From Candidatus Omnitrophota bacterium (GTDB lineage: Bacteria > Omnitrophota > Gorgyraeia > JAGLLT01), in NCBI GenBank assembly GCA_030632085.1, contig DAOVJY010000006.1, positions 26,805 through 90,804 of the forward strand: a stretch of 64,000 nt of DNA, in the 5' to 3' direction. This document shows, in pieces, positions 30,470-41,379 of the stretch. The first letter of the stretch is position 1, and the number at the start of each line of letters is the position of its first letter. The position numbers and the translations under genes were made by a program. Below the pieces are notes generated by a model that searched no databases, was not told the origin of the DNA, and was given only the letters and a program-made list of their open reading frames with translations.

Positions 30470-31474
30470 ATGATAAAGACTTCGGTAATAATACCCTGTT
30501 TTAACGAAGAAAAATATATTGAGCAATGCCTGGATTCAATTATTGCTAATGATTATCTAAAAGAGCATTTGGAGATATTAATATATGATGGAGGGAGCAC
30601 GGATAATACATTAAAAATTCTGGAAGAACATAGCAAGAAACATTCTTTTGTAGTTGTTAAGCATAATCCTAAAAAAATCCAAGCTACTGCTATGAATTTG
30701 GGTATTAAAGATGCTGAGGGTGATATTGTAATAAGAATGGATGCCCATACTGTATATGAGAAAAATTACATATCGCAGATAGTAAATTTGTTAACTGTGA
30801 CAGATTCTGTTAATGTGGGTGGTGCTCAGGTAGGATGGGGAGATTCTTATAGTGCAAAAGCCATAGCTGTGACTGTTTCCAGCCCTTTTATTGCTGGCAA
30901 TGCCGTATATAGGTCTGATAAAAACGTCCAACAGTATGTTGACACAGTTTATTTAGGTGCATGGCATAAAAAAGATTTAGAAGCCGCTGGAGGTTTTGAT
31001 GAGTCTTTTATGGTTAATGAGGACTATGAGTTAAATTATCGGCTTCGCGAGAAAGGCGGAAAGATTTTATTTTCACCGGATATAAAATCAACCTATTATG
31101 TAAGGGGCTCACTGTTTAAGTTAATTAGGCAGTATTTTAGATATGGTTTCTGGAAAGTTAAAACTCTAAAAAAACACCCAGCTTCACTAAAACTAAGGCA
31201 AATAGCGGCACCGCTTTTTATTTTAGCATTATTTTTTTCTATAGCGCTCATTTTTTGTACAGTAGGTTTCCGGATTCCACTTTGGATGTTATCATGTTGC
31301 TATACGTTTGTATTCATGTTATCATTTAAAAGTTACCTCAATACGAAGCAAATTAGATATTTGCCGACGATCTTTATTATTGCTTTATTTATTCATATAT
31401 CATGGGGAATAGGTTTTTGGAGCGGGTTGATTTTTTGGACTATAAGCGATAAGAAATTATGGAGATGGAAATGA
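30470..31474 (+). CDS. GT2 glycosyltransferase (ExoA-like)
   Basis: SVIIPCFNEE, DGGSTD, RMDAH, NEDYELNYR, QYFRYGFWK. Confidence 0.93.
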   Translation: MIKTSVIIPCFNEEKYIEQCLDSIIANDYLKEHLEILIYDGGSTDNTLKILEEHSKKHSFVVVKHNPKKIQATAMNLGIKDAEGDIVIRMDAHTVYEKNYISQIVNLLTVTDSVNVGGAQVGWGDSYSAKAIAVTVSSPFIAGNAVYRSDKNVQQYVDTVYLGAWHKKDLEAAGGFDESFMVNEDYELNYRLREKGGKILFSPDIKSTYYVRGSLFKLIRQYFRYGFWKVKTLKKHPASLKLRQIAAPLFILALFFSIALIFCTVGFRIPLWMLSCCYTFVFMLSFKSYLNTKQIRYLPTIFIIALFIHISWGIGFWSGLIFWTISDKKLWRWK

Positions 31475-32454
31475 ATATCTTTATTACAGGCAGCAGTGGT
31501 TTTATGGGTAAGCATCTTATTAGTGAATTACTTGAATGTCATAATAATGTGACGGGCTATGATATTATTCAGCCAGACATTTCAGATGAACGGTTTGAAC
31601 ACATTAGTGGCAATATATGCGACAGTCAGAAATTATTAGATGTTCTGAGCCGGAAAAAATATGATTTAATTATACATTTAGCGGCAAAGCACCACGATTT
31701 TGGTATAAAAGAAGAGGAGTATTTTGCGGTAAATGAAGGTGGAACAGAAAATCTATGCAATGCGGCCGCTAAATATAGTATAAATAAACTGATATTTGTA
31801 AGTTCGGTTGCGGTTTATGGCAGCAGTAATAAGCCCGTTTATGATGGCGATTTGTGTTCCCCGGATTCATTCTATGGGAAATCAAAATTAGCAGCTGAAA
31901 AACAAGTCAAGAAATGGTATGAAGCAAAAAAAAATAGATCTGTTTTTATTGTGAGGCCCGCTGTAATTTTTGGCCCCGATAACTACGCGAATATGTATCA
32001 TTTAATAAATAAAGTTATATCTAAAAAGTTTATTTTTATTGGAGCCGGAATTAATATCAAATCAATTGCCTATATAAAAAATCTTGTTAAAGCCATATCT
32101 TTCTTAATGAATAATTTAGAAAATGAGACATTTGACATATTTAATTATTCCGATGAACCTCAACTGATGATAAAACAAATAGTACAGAAAATTGCCTTCT
32201 ATGGCAATATCAATATGACGAAGATTAAAATTCCGCTTGTTTTAGCGATTATATTAACTTGGCCATTGGATTTATTTGAAAAGATAACCGGTAAAATAAT
32301 TCCGATTACGTCAAAAAGGATAAAAAAATTTAATACCGCCACTCATTTTGAATCGAAAAAGATAAGAGATTTTGGATATATTCAAGAGATTGATTTAGAT
32401 GAAGCTTTTAAAGAAACGGTTGCATGGATAAAAAATCCAAACAAAAATAAATAA
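31471..32454 (+). CDS. NAD-dependent epimerase/dehydratase
   Basis: ITGSSGFMG, IHLAA, SSVAVYG, YGKSK. Confidence 0.92.
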   Translation: MNIFITGSSGFMGKHLISELLECHNNVTGYDIIQPDISDERFEHISGNICDSQKLLDVLSRKKYDLIIHLAAKHHDFGIKEEEYFAVNEGGTENLCNAAAKYSINKLIFVSSVAVYGSSNKPVYDGDLCSPDSFYGKSKLAAEKQVKKWYEAKKNRSVFIVRPAVIFGPDNYANMYHLINKVISKKFIFIGAGINIKSIAYIKNLVKAISFLMNNLENETFDIFNYSDEPQLMIKQIVQKIAFYGNINMTKIKIPLVLAIILTWPLDLFEKITGKIIPITSKRIKKFNTATHFESKKIRDFGYIQEIDLDEAFKETVAWIKNPNKNK

Positions 32455-32455
32455 T

Positions 32456-33493
32456 ATGAATATAAAATTGTTTATAATTCCATTGGCGGCATTTATATTA
32501 TCTTTTCTTTTTACACCATTAATAAGATATATATCTACTAAAAGGGGTTTTATTGATAAGCCAAGTAGGCGCAAAGTCCATAAAAAGAAAATACCCAGTT
32601 TAGGTGGTTTAGCCATTTTTATAGCGTTTACGATAGTAACAGTAATTGCCTGCGCCCTATACCAGAATATTATCTTAAGTAAGGTGTGGGGTATTGTTTT
32701 GGCTGCTTCTATTCTTGTTGTTATGGGTGTCTACGATGATATTAAGGATATGCCGGCGGTGATTAAGCTGGTAGGGCAAATAACCGTTGCGGTAATAGCT
32801 TATGGCGTTGGTTTTAGAATTGAGGAATTTTTTGGGTTTGAGGCTACAACATTTTGGTTGAAGTTTATATCTTTAATGATTACAGTAGGTTGGATTGTGG
32901 GGGCAATAAATGCCATCAATCTTATTGATGGTCTGGACGGATTAGCTTGCGGTGTATGTGCCATAATATCTCTTTTTCTGTTTATAGCTTCACTATCCAG
33001 TGGGAATTTCGTTCTTTTGGTGTTTGCCGCGGCTTTAACCGGTAGTTGTTTGGGGTTTTTACCATATAACTTCCATCCGGCCAGCATATTTATGGGGGAT
33101 ACCGGCAGTATGTTCCTGGGTTTTGTGTTATCTATTATCGCCCTGGAAAGTTATCAGAAGAGTACAACTTTTATTGCAATCTTAGCGCCTATTGTAGCTA
33201 TGGCTGTTCCATTACTAGATACTTTACTATCTATATTGAGGCGCTTGGTAAAGAAAAAACCATTATTTAAAGCTGACAAAAATCACATGCATCATCGACT
33301 TTTAGTAAATGATAAGTCTCACGTTAGAGTTGTGCTAACGCTTTATGCCGTAACTTTCTTTTTTGGTATGATTTCCCTGGGGCTCAAGGATATTAAAGGT
33401 ATATATATGATCGCGGCGCTTATAATGATAAGCTTGGTAACTTTTAGATGGATCAAAAATTCAGGTTTTTTAGATATCAAAAAAACTAAATAG
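32456..33493 (+). CDS. WecA/TagO-type undecaprenyl-phosphate GlcNAc-1-P transferase
   Basis: RKVH..P.LGGLAI, NLIDGLDGLA, FMGDTGS, HMHHRL. Confidence 0.93.
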   Translation: MNIKLFIIPLAAFILSFLFTPLIRYISTKRGFIDKPSRRKVHKKKIPSLGGLAIFIAFTIVTVIACALYQNIILSKVWGIVLAASILVVMGVYDDIKDMPAVIKLVGQITVAVIAYGVGFRIEEFFGFEATTFWLKFISLMITVGWIVGAINAINLIDGLDGLACGVCAIISLFLFIASLSSGNFVLLVFAAALTGSCLGFLPYNFHPASIFMGDTGSMFLGFVLSIIALESYQKSTTFIAILAPIVAMAVPLLDTLLSILRRLVKKKPLFKADKNHMHHRLLVNDKSHVRVVLTLYAVTFFFGMISLGLKDIKGIYMIAALIMISLVTFRWIKNSGFLDIKKTK

Positions 33494-33498
33494 ATTTT

Positions 33499-34341
33499 AT
33501 GATAAAAAATGCCTTTTCTTTATTCCTCAATGTTATTAAGATAAATTTTAAGCTTTTAAAAGATTATCCTAGAATCTTCATACCTCTAACGCTTAGAGCT
33601 TTTGTAAGTTTTGGAATTCTTTCTCTTATATATATATCGCCTTATTATCCTTTTAAGAAAATATTAGGGCCTCCCATAATAGAGTTTTTTGGTTCTAAAT
33701 TTTTGCATTATCCGCATAATTTTACTATTTTACCTATAATCTTTATTAACATTAAAAACTTTTTAATTAATCCCCTGATTACAAGTATTATGGCAGCTGT
33801 ATGCTGCGGTATGGTGTATGATTATCATAATAGAAGGGAACCGGGGTTCTGGAGGAATTTCAATAAGGCTGTGAGGCGCTTTATACCACTTTTCATTTGC
33901 ATGCTTTTTTTAGTTTTGATTAGTTACCTTCTATATAGAATAATACCGGTATTAGTGATAAAGTTTTTTGGGCAAACGGCAATCGGATTTTTTATGTCAG
34001 CCTTCATTCCTTTTTTTGTATTGATCATCTTTGAGAGTTTATTTATTTTTTGTTTTATCGCGATTATGACAAAAAAACAAAATGCCTTTAAAGCGTTGAA
34101 AAAAAGCTTTATTTTTTCATTAAAACTGTATCCTGTCGTTTTTTTGTTAGTATTTTTGCCGCGGCTGCTTGATTTTTTAACGGGCCTTTTTATAGTTTTT
34201 CAAGCGAAAATTTCAGATATGTTTATACCGGATATAATAGTTTTGATATTTATATTGATAATACTTGTGGCGATTATTTCGGATACTTTGGTTTTTACTT
34301 TAACCGCTAACTTATTTGTTTTGAATTCTGATGAAAAATAA
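33499..34341 (+). CDS. Hypothetical multi-pass membrane protein
   Basis: Several hydrophobic helices; in operon. Confidence 0.6.
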   Translation: MIKNAFSLFLNVIKINFKLLKDYPRIFIPLTLRAFVSFGILSLIYISPYYPFKKILGPPIIEFFGSKFLHYPHNFTILPIIFINIKNFLINPLITSIMAAVCCGMVYDYHNRREPGFWRNFNKAVRRFIPLFICMLFLVLISYLLYRIIPVLVIKFFGQTAIGFFMSAFIPFFVLIIFESLFIFCFIAIMTKKQNAFKALKKSFIFSLKLYPVVFLLVFLPRLLDFLTGLFIVFQAKISDMFIPDIIVLIFILIILVAIISDTLVFTLTANLFVLNSDEK

Positions 34342-35200
34342 AAATTTAATTCAAGTACTTATAGTTATATGCCTCATTACGGTTATAACAGGCTGTTATG
34401 GCGGTTATGAAGCGGAAAGAAAATTCTGGTTGGCTAACAGGGAATACAAAAGGTTATTGTCAGCTCTTAATCAAACTTCCAGTGAGTCTCAAAGAGATGA
34501 AATTATTAAGGGGAAAGCACCAGGGGTTATAATTGTTCTTAGACAAGTTACTATTAATTACCCTTCTTTGCCATTATCTTCCCAGGCTATGCTTTTAATA
34601 GCTAATGTTTATGTTATCGAGGGGCGTTTAGATAAAGCTATAAAAGAATACAATAGTATAATGGAAGAATTTCCGCACATGAAAGAACAATGCGCGTCCG
34701 CTATGGTTGCGCTTGCCTCAATTTATAAAGAAAGAGGGGACTGGGATTCAGCTGAAGAAATTTATGAGAAGGTTATAAGTGAATATTTTGATACGCAAAT
34801 GGGGTTTCAGGCACCTATATTGATTGCCCGCTATTATAAATCACGGGCTATGAGTATTGAGGCGGACGAAGCATATAAAAAAGCCATGAATTTATATAAA
34901 GATTTTATAGAAAACAATAAAGATATACCATATTCTCTGATTGCCCTTGAGCAATTGATTAATTGTTACAATGATCAGGAGCAGTGGGATGAGGCTGTTA
35001 GTTATCTTCAAGATCATATTATAAAAAATTCAGATTCGCCTTTAGCCTTGCAAGGTATGCTGATAACTGGTACTATATATGAACTACAATTTAATGACCG
35101 CGATAAAGCCTTTGAAATTTACAGGAAAGCGGTCGAAAAATTTCCGGAAAGTCCTATGATAGAAAAGATAAAGGGCCGCCTGGAGCTTTATGGGGAATAA
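34331..35200 (+). CDS. TPR-repeat lipoprotein
   Basis: Lipobox ITGC; repeated A..Y..I...(Y/F)P TPR patterns. Confidence 0.8.
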   Translation: MKNKNLIQVLIVICLITVITGCYGGYEAERKFWLANREYKRLLSALNQTSSESQRDEIIKGKAPGVIIVLRQVTINYPSLPLSSQAMLLIANVYVIEGRLDKAIKEYNSIMEEFPHMKEQCASAMVALASIYKERGDWDSAEEIYEKVISEYFDTQMGFQAPILIARYYKSRAMSIEADEAYKKAMNLYKDFIENNKDIPYSLIALEQLINCYNDQEQWDEAVSYLQDHIIKNSDSPLALQGMLITGTIYELQFNDRDKAFEIYRKAVEKFPESPMIEKIKGRLELYGE

Positions 35201-36033
35201 TGTTAAAAGAGTATTCAAAGATAATTAAGTTATCAATAATATTCATATTGCTTATTATTATTTACCTACCGACATTTATCTGGATGATCGCGAGGTTTGA
35301 TGCTCCGGATACGTATTACAGCCATGGATATTTGGTGCCTTTAATATCTCTTGCTCTTATCTACCTTAAAAGAGATAAATTAAAGGTGCTTAAAAAAGAT
35401 ACATCCTCTCTCGGCTTAATTCTAATAATAGCCTCACTTGCTCTATATGTTATCACCTTGATACTGGATATTGGTTTTATGGGAGGAATATCGTTTTTAA
35501 TTACTTTAACGGGATTGAGCTTTTATCTCGGAGGTGTTAATTTTACTAAGGAGATATGGTTTCCGCTATTTTTCTTAATATTTATGGTGCCGCTCCCCAG
35601 GATATTAGTTATTCATATTAGTTTTAAAATGAAGCTTTTGGCGGCAAAGGCGGGAACATTTTTAATAAATAAATTAGGTATAATGGCTTCTTGCAATGGC
35701 AGCATTATTCATTTACCTAATACAGTTTTAACTGTAGGTTCTCCCTGCAGCGGTTTGAGATCACTTATTGCCCTTCTGGGGCTGGGAACTCTTTTTGCCT
35801 ATATGGCAGATTTACCTAAAGCAAAAAAGTACCTGCTTTTTTTAGTCTCAATTCCACTTGCTTTTATAGGTAATATATTAAGAATCACATTACTTTTGTG
35901 GGTGGCCTATAAATATGGCAGTGAAACGGCTACCGGTAAGTTTCATGATTATTCAGGTTACGCGATATTTGTATTTACATTACTTGGTTTGATTGGAGTG
36001 AATAAACTATTACAATGGAAAAAGAAAAAATAA
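35200..36033 (+). CDS. Exosortase (EpsH family)
   Basis: YSHGYLVP, PCSGLRS catalytic Cys, NILRI, FHD. Confidence 0.93.
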   Translation: MLKEYSKIIKLSIIFILLIIIYLPTFIWMIARFDAPDTYYSHGYLVPLISLALIYLKRDKLKVLKKDTSSLGLILIIASLALYVITLILDIGFMGGISFLITLTGLSFYLGGVNFTKEIWFPLFFLIFMVPLPRILVIHISFKMKLLAAKAGTFLINKLGIMASCNGSIIHLPNTVLTVGSPCSGLRSLIALLGLGTLFAYMADLPKAKKYLLFLVSIPLAFIGNILRITLLLWVAYKYGSETATGKFHDYSGYAIFVFTLLGLIGVNKLLQWKKKK

Positions 36034-36659
36034 AATACTGGATTGTTATTGTAATTTTTGCTGTTACCGGCCTTTGGGTGGTTTCGCATTTAACTAAAGT
36101 CGAGGATGTAACTCAGGGCTCTTTATTTAAAATTGATTTACCCTATGAATTTGGCGGCTGGAAGGGCAAAGATATAAATATCAGTGATGCCGAGATGCGG
36201 GATATTCAGGATAGTCTGGGAACGGATAAAATAATTCTACGCAACTATGTAAATTCTAAGGGTGAATATGTTCAGCTTTATATAGTTTTCAGCCGGAAAA
36301 ACAGAACCAGTTTTCATCCTCCGGAGTATTGCTATGTGGGTTCAGGCGGCGCGGAACTTACTTCTAAAAAGATGGTTAGCCTTAAATTAGATAGTAATTC
36401 TTTAGATGTTAACCGGCTTATATTTCAGACACCTAAGGGCCGGCAGTTAGTTGTTTATTGGTATCAAGCCGGCAGCAAGATGTTTGCCAGTTATACCAGA
36501 CAGCAGATGCATTTGGTTTTTGATGCCCTAAGGAAGAGGGAATTTAGGGGTTTTATGATTAGAGTATCTACTACAGATCAGCAATCAAACGAAGATATAC
36601 CATTATATCTAAAGGATTTTATTACATATATATTTCCTTATTTAGAAGCTCAGGCGTGA
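36015..36659 (+). CDS. epsI: EpsI-family exosortase-associated protein
   Basis: P..FGGWKG.D, HPPEYCYVGSG, VVYWYQ, IRVS. Confidence 0.9.
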   Translation: MEKEKIKYWIVIVIFAVTGLWVVSHLTKVEDVTQGSLFKIDLPYEFGGWKGKDINISDAEMRDIQDSLGTDKIILRNYVNSKGEYVQLYIVFSRKNRTSFHPPEYCYVGSGGAELTSKKMVSLKLDSNSLDVNRLIFQTPKGRQLVVYWYQAGSKMFASYTRQQMHLVFDALRKREFRGFMIRVSTTDQQSNEDIPLYLKDFITYIFPYLEAQA

Positions 36660-36667
36660 AAAATTGC

Positions 36668-36696
36668 TTGACGCTGGCAGGTGCTTATGATAAATT
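36668..36696 (+). promoter_or_regulatory. Promoter of glycan-utilisation genes
   Basis: TTGACG-17 nt-TAAATT with TGn. Confidence 0.6.
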
Positions 36697-36778
36697 ACTA
36701 TAAATTAATGCGAGAAAACCTGTATTTTTTGTAAGTTATAGGCACTTGATAACTTACACAAAGTAAAAGGAGAGTTAT

Positions 36779-38074
36779 ATGAGATTTGTTAAAATTTTTG
36801 GGTTTATACTTTTGCCCCTGGCAGTTGCCGCGTTATTATTTACAGGGTGCGGTAAGAGGGAAAAAGATAATCGCGTTAGAATACAAGTTATGTATTGGGG
36901 CAACCATGAAGAAGTGAAAATTATCGAAGGTATTGTGAGTGAGTGGGAAAAAGAAAATCCAAATGTTAGAGTTGAATTACAGCATACACCGGGTGTTGGT
37001 AATTATACCAATAAACTTCTTACCCGTGTTGCCGGTGGAGCGCCACCGGATGTAGCTTTCGCGGAAGTTGGAATATTTGTAGATTTTGTATCCTATGAAC
37101 TTTTCGCGGATTTGAATCCACATATTCAGAATGATCCCGATTTTAGTATAGACAAATACTTTCCTGATGTTGTAAAAAGATTTACAAGAGATGGTAAAGT
37201 TTTAGGAATACCAAGAGATACGGCCCCGTTTGCCTGTGTTTATTACAATAAACGTATGTTTGATGAGGCTGGATTGGAATATCCCAGCGATGACTGGAAT
37301 GTGAATGAAATGCTTGAGATAGCAAAGGTTTTAACAAAGCAAGACTCAAAAGGCAGGACAGTTAAATATGGGTTTTACTGCCCGTTTTATGAAAATTTCC
37401 TGTATGCCTTTGGCGGTAAGTTGGTTGATAACGTAAATAACCCAAAGAAATGTATGCTGAATACTAAAAAAAGTATAGCCGGCCTGCAATTCTTTGCCGA
37501 TTTACATACAAAATATAAAGTAAGTCCCGACCCGGAAGCCCTGGGAAGTACCGGTAAAAGTGCTAATCAGCTTTTTATGACCGGCCAGGTAGCAATGTAT
37601 AATTCAGGCATTTGGGAGAGCCCCGCTTTAAGGCATATTAAAACTTTTGACTGGGATGTGGCTATGTTTCCCAAAGGGCCTGACGGCACAAGAGCTTTCG
37701 CGACCGGCGGCAGCGCGTACTGTATTCTTAAAACAACAGAACATCCCGAGGAATCATGGGGGATTGTTAAGGCTTTAGCCGGTGCTAAAGGCCAAATTAT
37801 GATGGCGCAAAAAGGCTTAGCTCAGCCGGCGATTGAAGAAATTGCTGAAGGGCCTTATTGGACTAGCGACAAGAAGAAGCCGTTAAATAAAGGTATGCTT
37901 AATAAAGCGGTTAAATACGTTGTTTATTCTCCGTTTAATTCGAAGTGGAGAGAAATTCAAGATAAATATATTTATCCTCGGTTGGATCATTTACGGCTTG
38001 GGAACATTGATGCTAAAGAGTTTGCGGAAAAAATAACTCCCGAAGTTAATGAGATGCTTAAGGAGGGTAAATAA
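36779..38074 (+). CDS. Sugar ABC transporter substrate-binding lipoprotein
   Basis: Lipobox FTGC, AGGAPPDV, YYNKRMFDEAGL.YP. Confidence 0.92.
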   Translation: MRFVKIFGFILLPLAVAALLFTGCGKREKDNRVRIQVMYWGNHEEVKIIEGIVSEWEKENPNVRVELQHTPGVGNYTNKLLTRVAGGAPPDVAFAEVGIFVDFVSYELFADLNPHIQNDPDFSIDKYFPDVVKRFTRDGKVLGIPRDTAPFACVYYNKRMFDEAGLEYPSDDWNVNEMLEIAKVLTKQDSKGRTVKYGFYCPFYENFLYAFGGKLVDNVNNPKKCMLNTKKSIAGLQFFADLHTKYKVSPDPEALGSTGKSANQLFMTGQVAMYNSGIWESPALRHIKTFDWDVAMFPKGPDGTRAFATGGSAYCILKTTEHPEESWGIVKALAGAKGQIMMAQKGLAQPAIEEIAEGPYWTSDKKKPLNKGMLNKAVKYVVYSPFNSKWREIQDKYIYPRLDHLRLGNIDAKEFAEKITPEVNEMLKEGK

Positions 38075-38080
38075 GTAGTT

Positions 38081-40489
38081 ATGGAACAAAGGTATTATGA
38101 AACATCCTATGGTTATTTTGCTGATGAAGGCAGAGAATATGTAATTAAAACCCCGACGACACCGAAGCCGTGGATTAATGTGATTTCCAATCGTAAAAAT
38201 TATGGTTTGGTTGTTTCTCAGACCGGCGGCGGTTACTCATGGTATCGGCACGCGCGCCAGAACAGACTCACCAGGTGGAATCAGGATATTGTCCGTGATA
38301 ATTGGGGTAAGTATATATATATTAGAGACAACAAAACAGGCAAATTTTCATCCTGCACATATCAACCTACAAAATTAAAAACGAAATACTATAAATGCCG
38401 CCATGGGCTTGGTTACACGGTGTTTGAAAACCTTTGGAATGATATTTTATGTACTCTTACGATAACAGTCGCGCCTGATGATACGATAGAAATATGGTCA
38501 CTTGCTCTTGAAAATAAAAGCAGCAAGAAGAAAGATTTAAGTCTTTTCACTTATTTTGAATGGGCTTTAGGTGTTGCTCCGGACGCCCACAGGGAATTTC
38601 ATAAACTCTTTATTGAAACTGAATATGATTCAAAAAATAAGAGTATGTTTGCTACGAAGAGATTATGTACTGTTCAAGCCAGGGACGGTATACCCTGGAA
38701 TTCACCCTGGGATTATGTAGCTTTTCATTCATCGAGCGTAAAGCCGTCTTCATATGAAGGAGATAAAGAAAGCTTCCTGGGCCAGTATGGTGATTTTAAC
38801 GCGCCCAAAGCTGTAAAAAACGGCAAATGCGGGAATACCCAGGGCAAGTGGAATGATTCTATAGCGTCTTTGAATGTAAACCTAAAACTTAATGCTAATC
38901 AAAAGAAAACCGTTGTCTTTACTTTAGGCCTTGCTGAAAGTAGGAAAGTTGCCGAGAAGTTAATATCAAAATATAATAGCGTATCAGCCGCGGAGGATAC
39001 GGTAAAAAAAGCAAAAAAAGGCTGGTTGGACTTACTGGGCAGTTTTCATATTGAGACGCCTGATAAAGGTTTTGATTTTTTAAATAATTACTGGTTAAGA
39101 TATCAGGCTATTTCGGGTAGAATTTGGGGCCGTTCAGCATATTATCAAGTGGGTGGAGATTTTGGCTTTAGAGACCAGCTGCAGGATTCTCAGATATTTC
39201 TTACTATTGACCCCAAACTCACACGTAAACAACTTTTGCTTAATGCCGAACATCAATTTAAAAATGGCATGGTACAGCATTGGTGGAATCCTTTAAATGA
39301 TATTGGATGTAAAAACAATATAACCGATAATTTATTATGGCTTCCCTTTATAACCATCGCTTATCTTAAAGAAACAGCTGATTTTGATTTTTTAAAGGAG
39401 AAAGTCGGCTATCTTGATAATAACAGAAAGACATCTGTTTTTGATCACTGTTTGAAAGCGATTGAAAAAAGCATGAATAGATTGGGTTCCCGGGGATTGC
39501 CTTTGATTGGTGAAGGTGACTGGAACGACGGCCTTTGCAGAGTGGGAAACGACTGGAAGGGCGAGTCGGTTTGGCTGGCCCATTTCTTATATGGAATCCT
39601 GGTAGAGTGGTCAACTCTTCTTAATCGAATAAATAAGAAAAAAATAACTCAAAAGTTTAAAGAAGACGCTCGAAAGTTAAAAGATAATATCAATAAACAT
39701 GCCTGGGACGGTAAGTGGTATTTTAGAGCTACAAAGGATGATGGTGTTATCCTGGGTTCTAACAATCAGGAAGAAGGCAAGATTTTCTTAAATGCTCAAA
39801 CGTGGGCAATTATGAATGAAATAATTCCCCAAGATAGGCTGCAGAGCGTTTTGGAAGCACTGGATAAGCATTTATATCGTGAATACGGCCCCATCCTTTT
39901 TTATCCGGCATATTCAAAACCGGATAAAAAGATTGGTTACCTTTCGAGGTATGCTCCCGGAACAAGAGAAAACGCGGGACTTTATACCCATGCCGGTTGT
40001 TGGGCGGTCATAGCTGAAGTTGTGGCGCAAAGGGAAGATCGCGCTTGGGATTTATACAACAAATTTATGCCTGTAAGAAGAGGTATGGATCCGGATTTTT
40101 ATAAAGCGGAACCATATGTTACATGCGGGAATGTAGATGGCCCGGATTCAGCTAATTTTGGGCGTGGTGCCTGGAGTTGGTACTCAGGTTCAGCCGGATG
40201 GCTTTATAAGGCCGCTATAGACTGGTTATTAGGTATAAGGGCTGAATATGACGGCCTTAGAGTGGAGCCGGTCTTGCCTGACGATTGGAATGAATGTACA
40301 ATTAAAAGAATATTTAGAGGGACAACATACAATATCACCATATTTAAATACGATGGGCCTAATCAGATAATTGTTGATGGCAAGGTTCATGATTCTAATG
40401 TTATTCCTGTTTTTAAAGATAAAAAGCAGCATAATGTGATCTTCAGAATAACAAAAAATTACCCTGTTAAAGCAAGGAAAATAGGTTAA
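38081..40489 (+). CDS. GH94 glycoside phosphorylase
   Basis: TPKPWINVISN, CRHGLGYT, YQVGGDFGFRDQLQD, GDWNDGL, RENAGLYTHA, SWYSGSAGW. Confidence 0.93.
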   Translation: MEQRYYETSYGYFADEGREYVIKTPTTPKPWINVISNRKNYGLVVSQTGGGYSWYRHARQNRLTRWNQDIVRDNWGKYIYIRDNKTGKFSSCTYQPTKLKTKYYKCRHGLGYTVFENLWNDILCTLTITVAPDDTIEIWSLALENKSSKKKDLSLFTYFEWALGVAPDAHREFHKLFIETEYDSKNKSMFATKRLCTVQARDGIPWNSPWDYVAFHSSSVKPSSYEGDKESFLGQYGDFNAPKAVKNGKCGNTQGKWNDSIASLNVNLKLNANQKKTVVFTLGLAESRKVAEKLISKYNSVSAAEDTVKKAKKGWLDLLGSFHIETPDKGFDFLNNYWLRYQAISGRIWGRSAYYQVGGDFGFRDQLQDSQIFLTIDPKLTRKQLLLNAEHQFKNGMVQHWWNPLNDIGCKNNITDNLLWLPFITIAYLKETADFDFLKEKVGYLDNNRKTSVFDHCLKAIEKSMNRLGSRGLPLIGEGDWNDGLCRVGNDWKGESVWLAHFLYGILVEWSTLLNRINKKKITQKFKEDARKLKDNINKHAWDGKWYFRATKDDGVILGSNNQEEGKIFLNAQTWAIMNEIIPQDRLQSVLEALDKHLYREYGPILFYPAYSKPDKKIGYLSRYAPGTRENAGLYTHAGCWAVIAEVVAQREDRAWDLYNKFMPVRRGMDPDFYKAEPYVTCGNVDGPDSANFGRGAWSWYSGSAGWLYKAAIDWLLGIRAEYDGLRVEPVLPDDWNECTIKRIFRGTTYNITIFKYDGPNQIIVDGKVHDSNVIPVFKDKKQHNVIFRITKNYPVKARKIG

Positions 40490-40569
40490 CTTATTAAAAG
40501 TTTCATGGTAAAATTTTTACATGATTGTTAAAATGTACGCAAGAGAACGCAAAACAGGAGGTGTGAGGA

Positions 40570-41151
40570 ATGAGGAAGTCAATGATTGTATTAGTGGCTA
40601 TATGTATTTTGTTGTTTATGGCTACAGGGCCGGCACAAGCCAAAGAGGCTTATGTTGATGACTATAATACCGGAGATAAACCTAATTCTATGGGCGGCGA
40701 TTTGGGTGTTTTTGATTATATGCCTAACGATTTTTCGCAAAGTTGTTTGGTGGCTTATGATTCGGATGTAAAAAGGGGTGACTCCGGCTTTTCTATGCGC
40801 TTGGAATATGACGTTGATTCACTAAACCCGGCCTTTAACGGGTTTTGGACAAGGTTAAATGGTTTTAACGCTAAAGGTTATAACAAAATAGTTTTGTGGA
40901 TTAAAGGTGATACTAATAAAGGTTATACTACAACTTTTAAAGTTGAGTTGAAAAATGACCGGGGTGAAAAAGGCGATTACTATGTTAAGGGTATAACCGG
41001 TGATTGGACTAAGGTGGAGATTCCTTTAAATCGTTTCGACGGGATTACTGATTTATCATGTTTATTAGAATTTGTTATCGTATTTGAAGATGATTCGGCT
41101 ACTACAAAAGAAGGAACAATTTGGATAGATGATATTTACTTCAGTGATTAG
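40570..41151 (+). CDS. Secreted CBM11/CIA30-like carbohydrate-binding protein, copy 1
   Basis: Signal peptide; SMRLEYDV, FNGFW, LWIKGD, FKVELK, WTKVEIPL, GTIWIDDI. Confidence 0.78.
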   Translation: MRKSMIVLVAICILLFMATGPAQAKEAYVDDYNTGDKPNSMGGDLGVFDYMPNDFSQSCLVAYDSDVKRGDSGFSMRLEYDVDSLNPAFNGFWTRLNGFNAKGYNKIVLWIKGDTNKGYTTTFKVELKNDRGEKGDYYVKGITGDWTKVEIPLNRFDGITDLSCLLEFVIVFEDDSATTKEGTIWIDDIYFSD

Positions 41152-41295
41152 TTTCGGTGTAATTAAATTATGAACCGGACACAAGTATAAAGTCAAAAGT
41201 CACAAGACACAAGTCACAAGTAAAAAATAAAAAATAGTACATAAGGTGATTTTCAGAATAACAAAAAATTACCTTGTTAAAGTAAGGAAAATAGG

Positions 41296-41324
41296 TTGAC
41301 TTATTAAGGGCTTCATGGTATAAT
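41296..41324 (+). promoter_or_regulatory. Near-consensus promoter of CBM copy 2
   Basis: TTGACT-17 nt-TATAAT with TGn; copy 1 has TTAACT/TAAAAT. Confidence 0.75.
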
Positions 41325-41379
41325 TTTTACATGATTGTTAAAATGTACGCAAGAGAACGCAAAAAAGGAGGTATATGAA

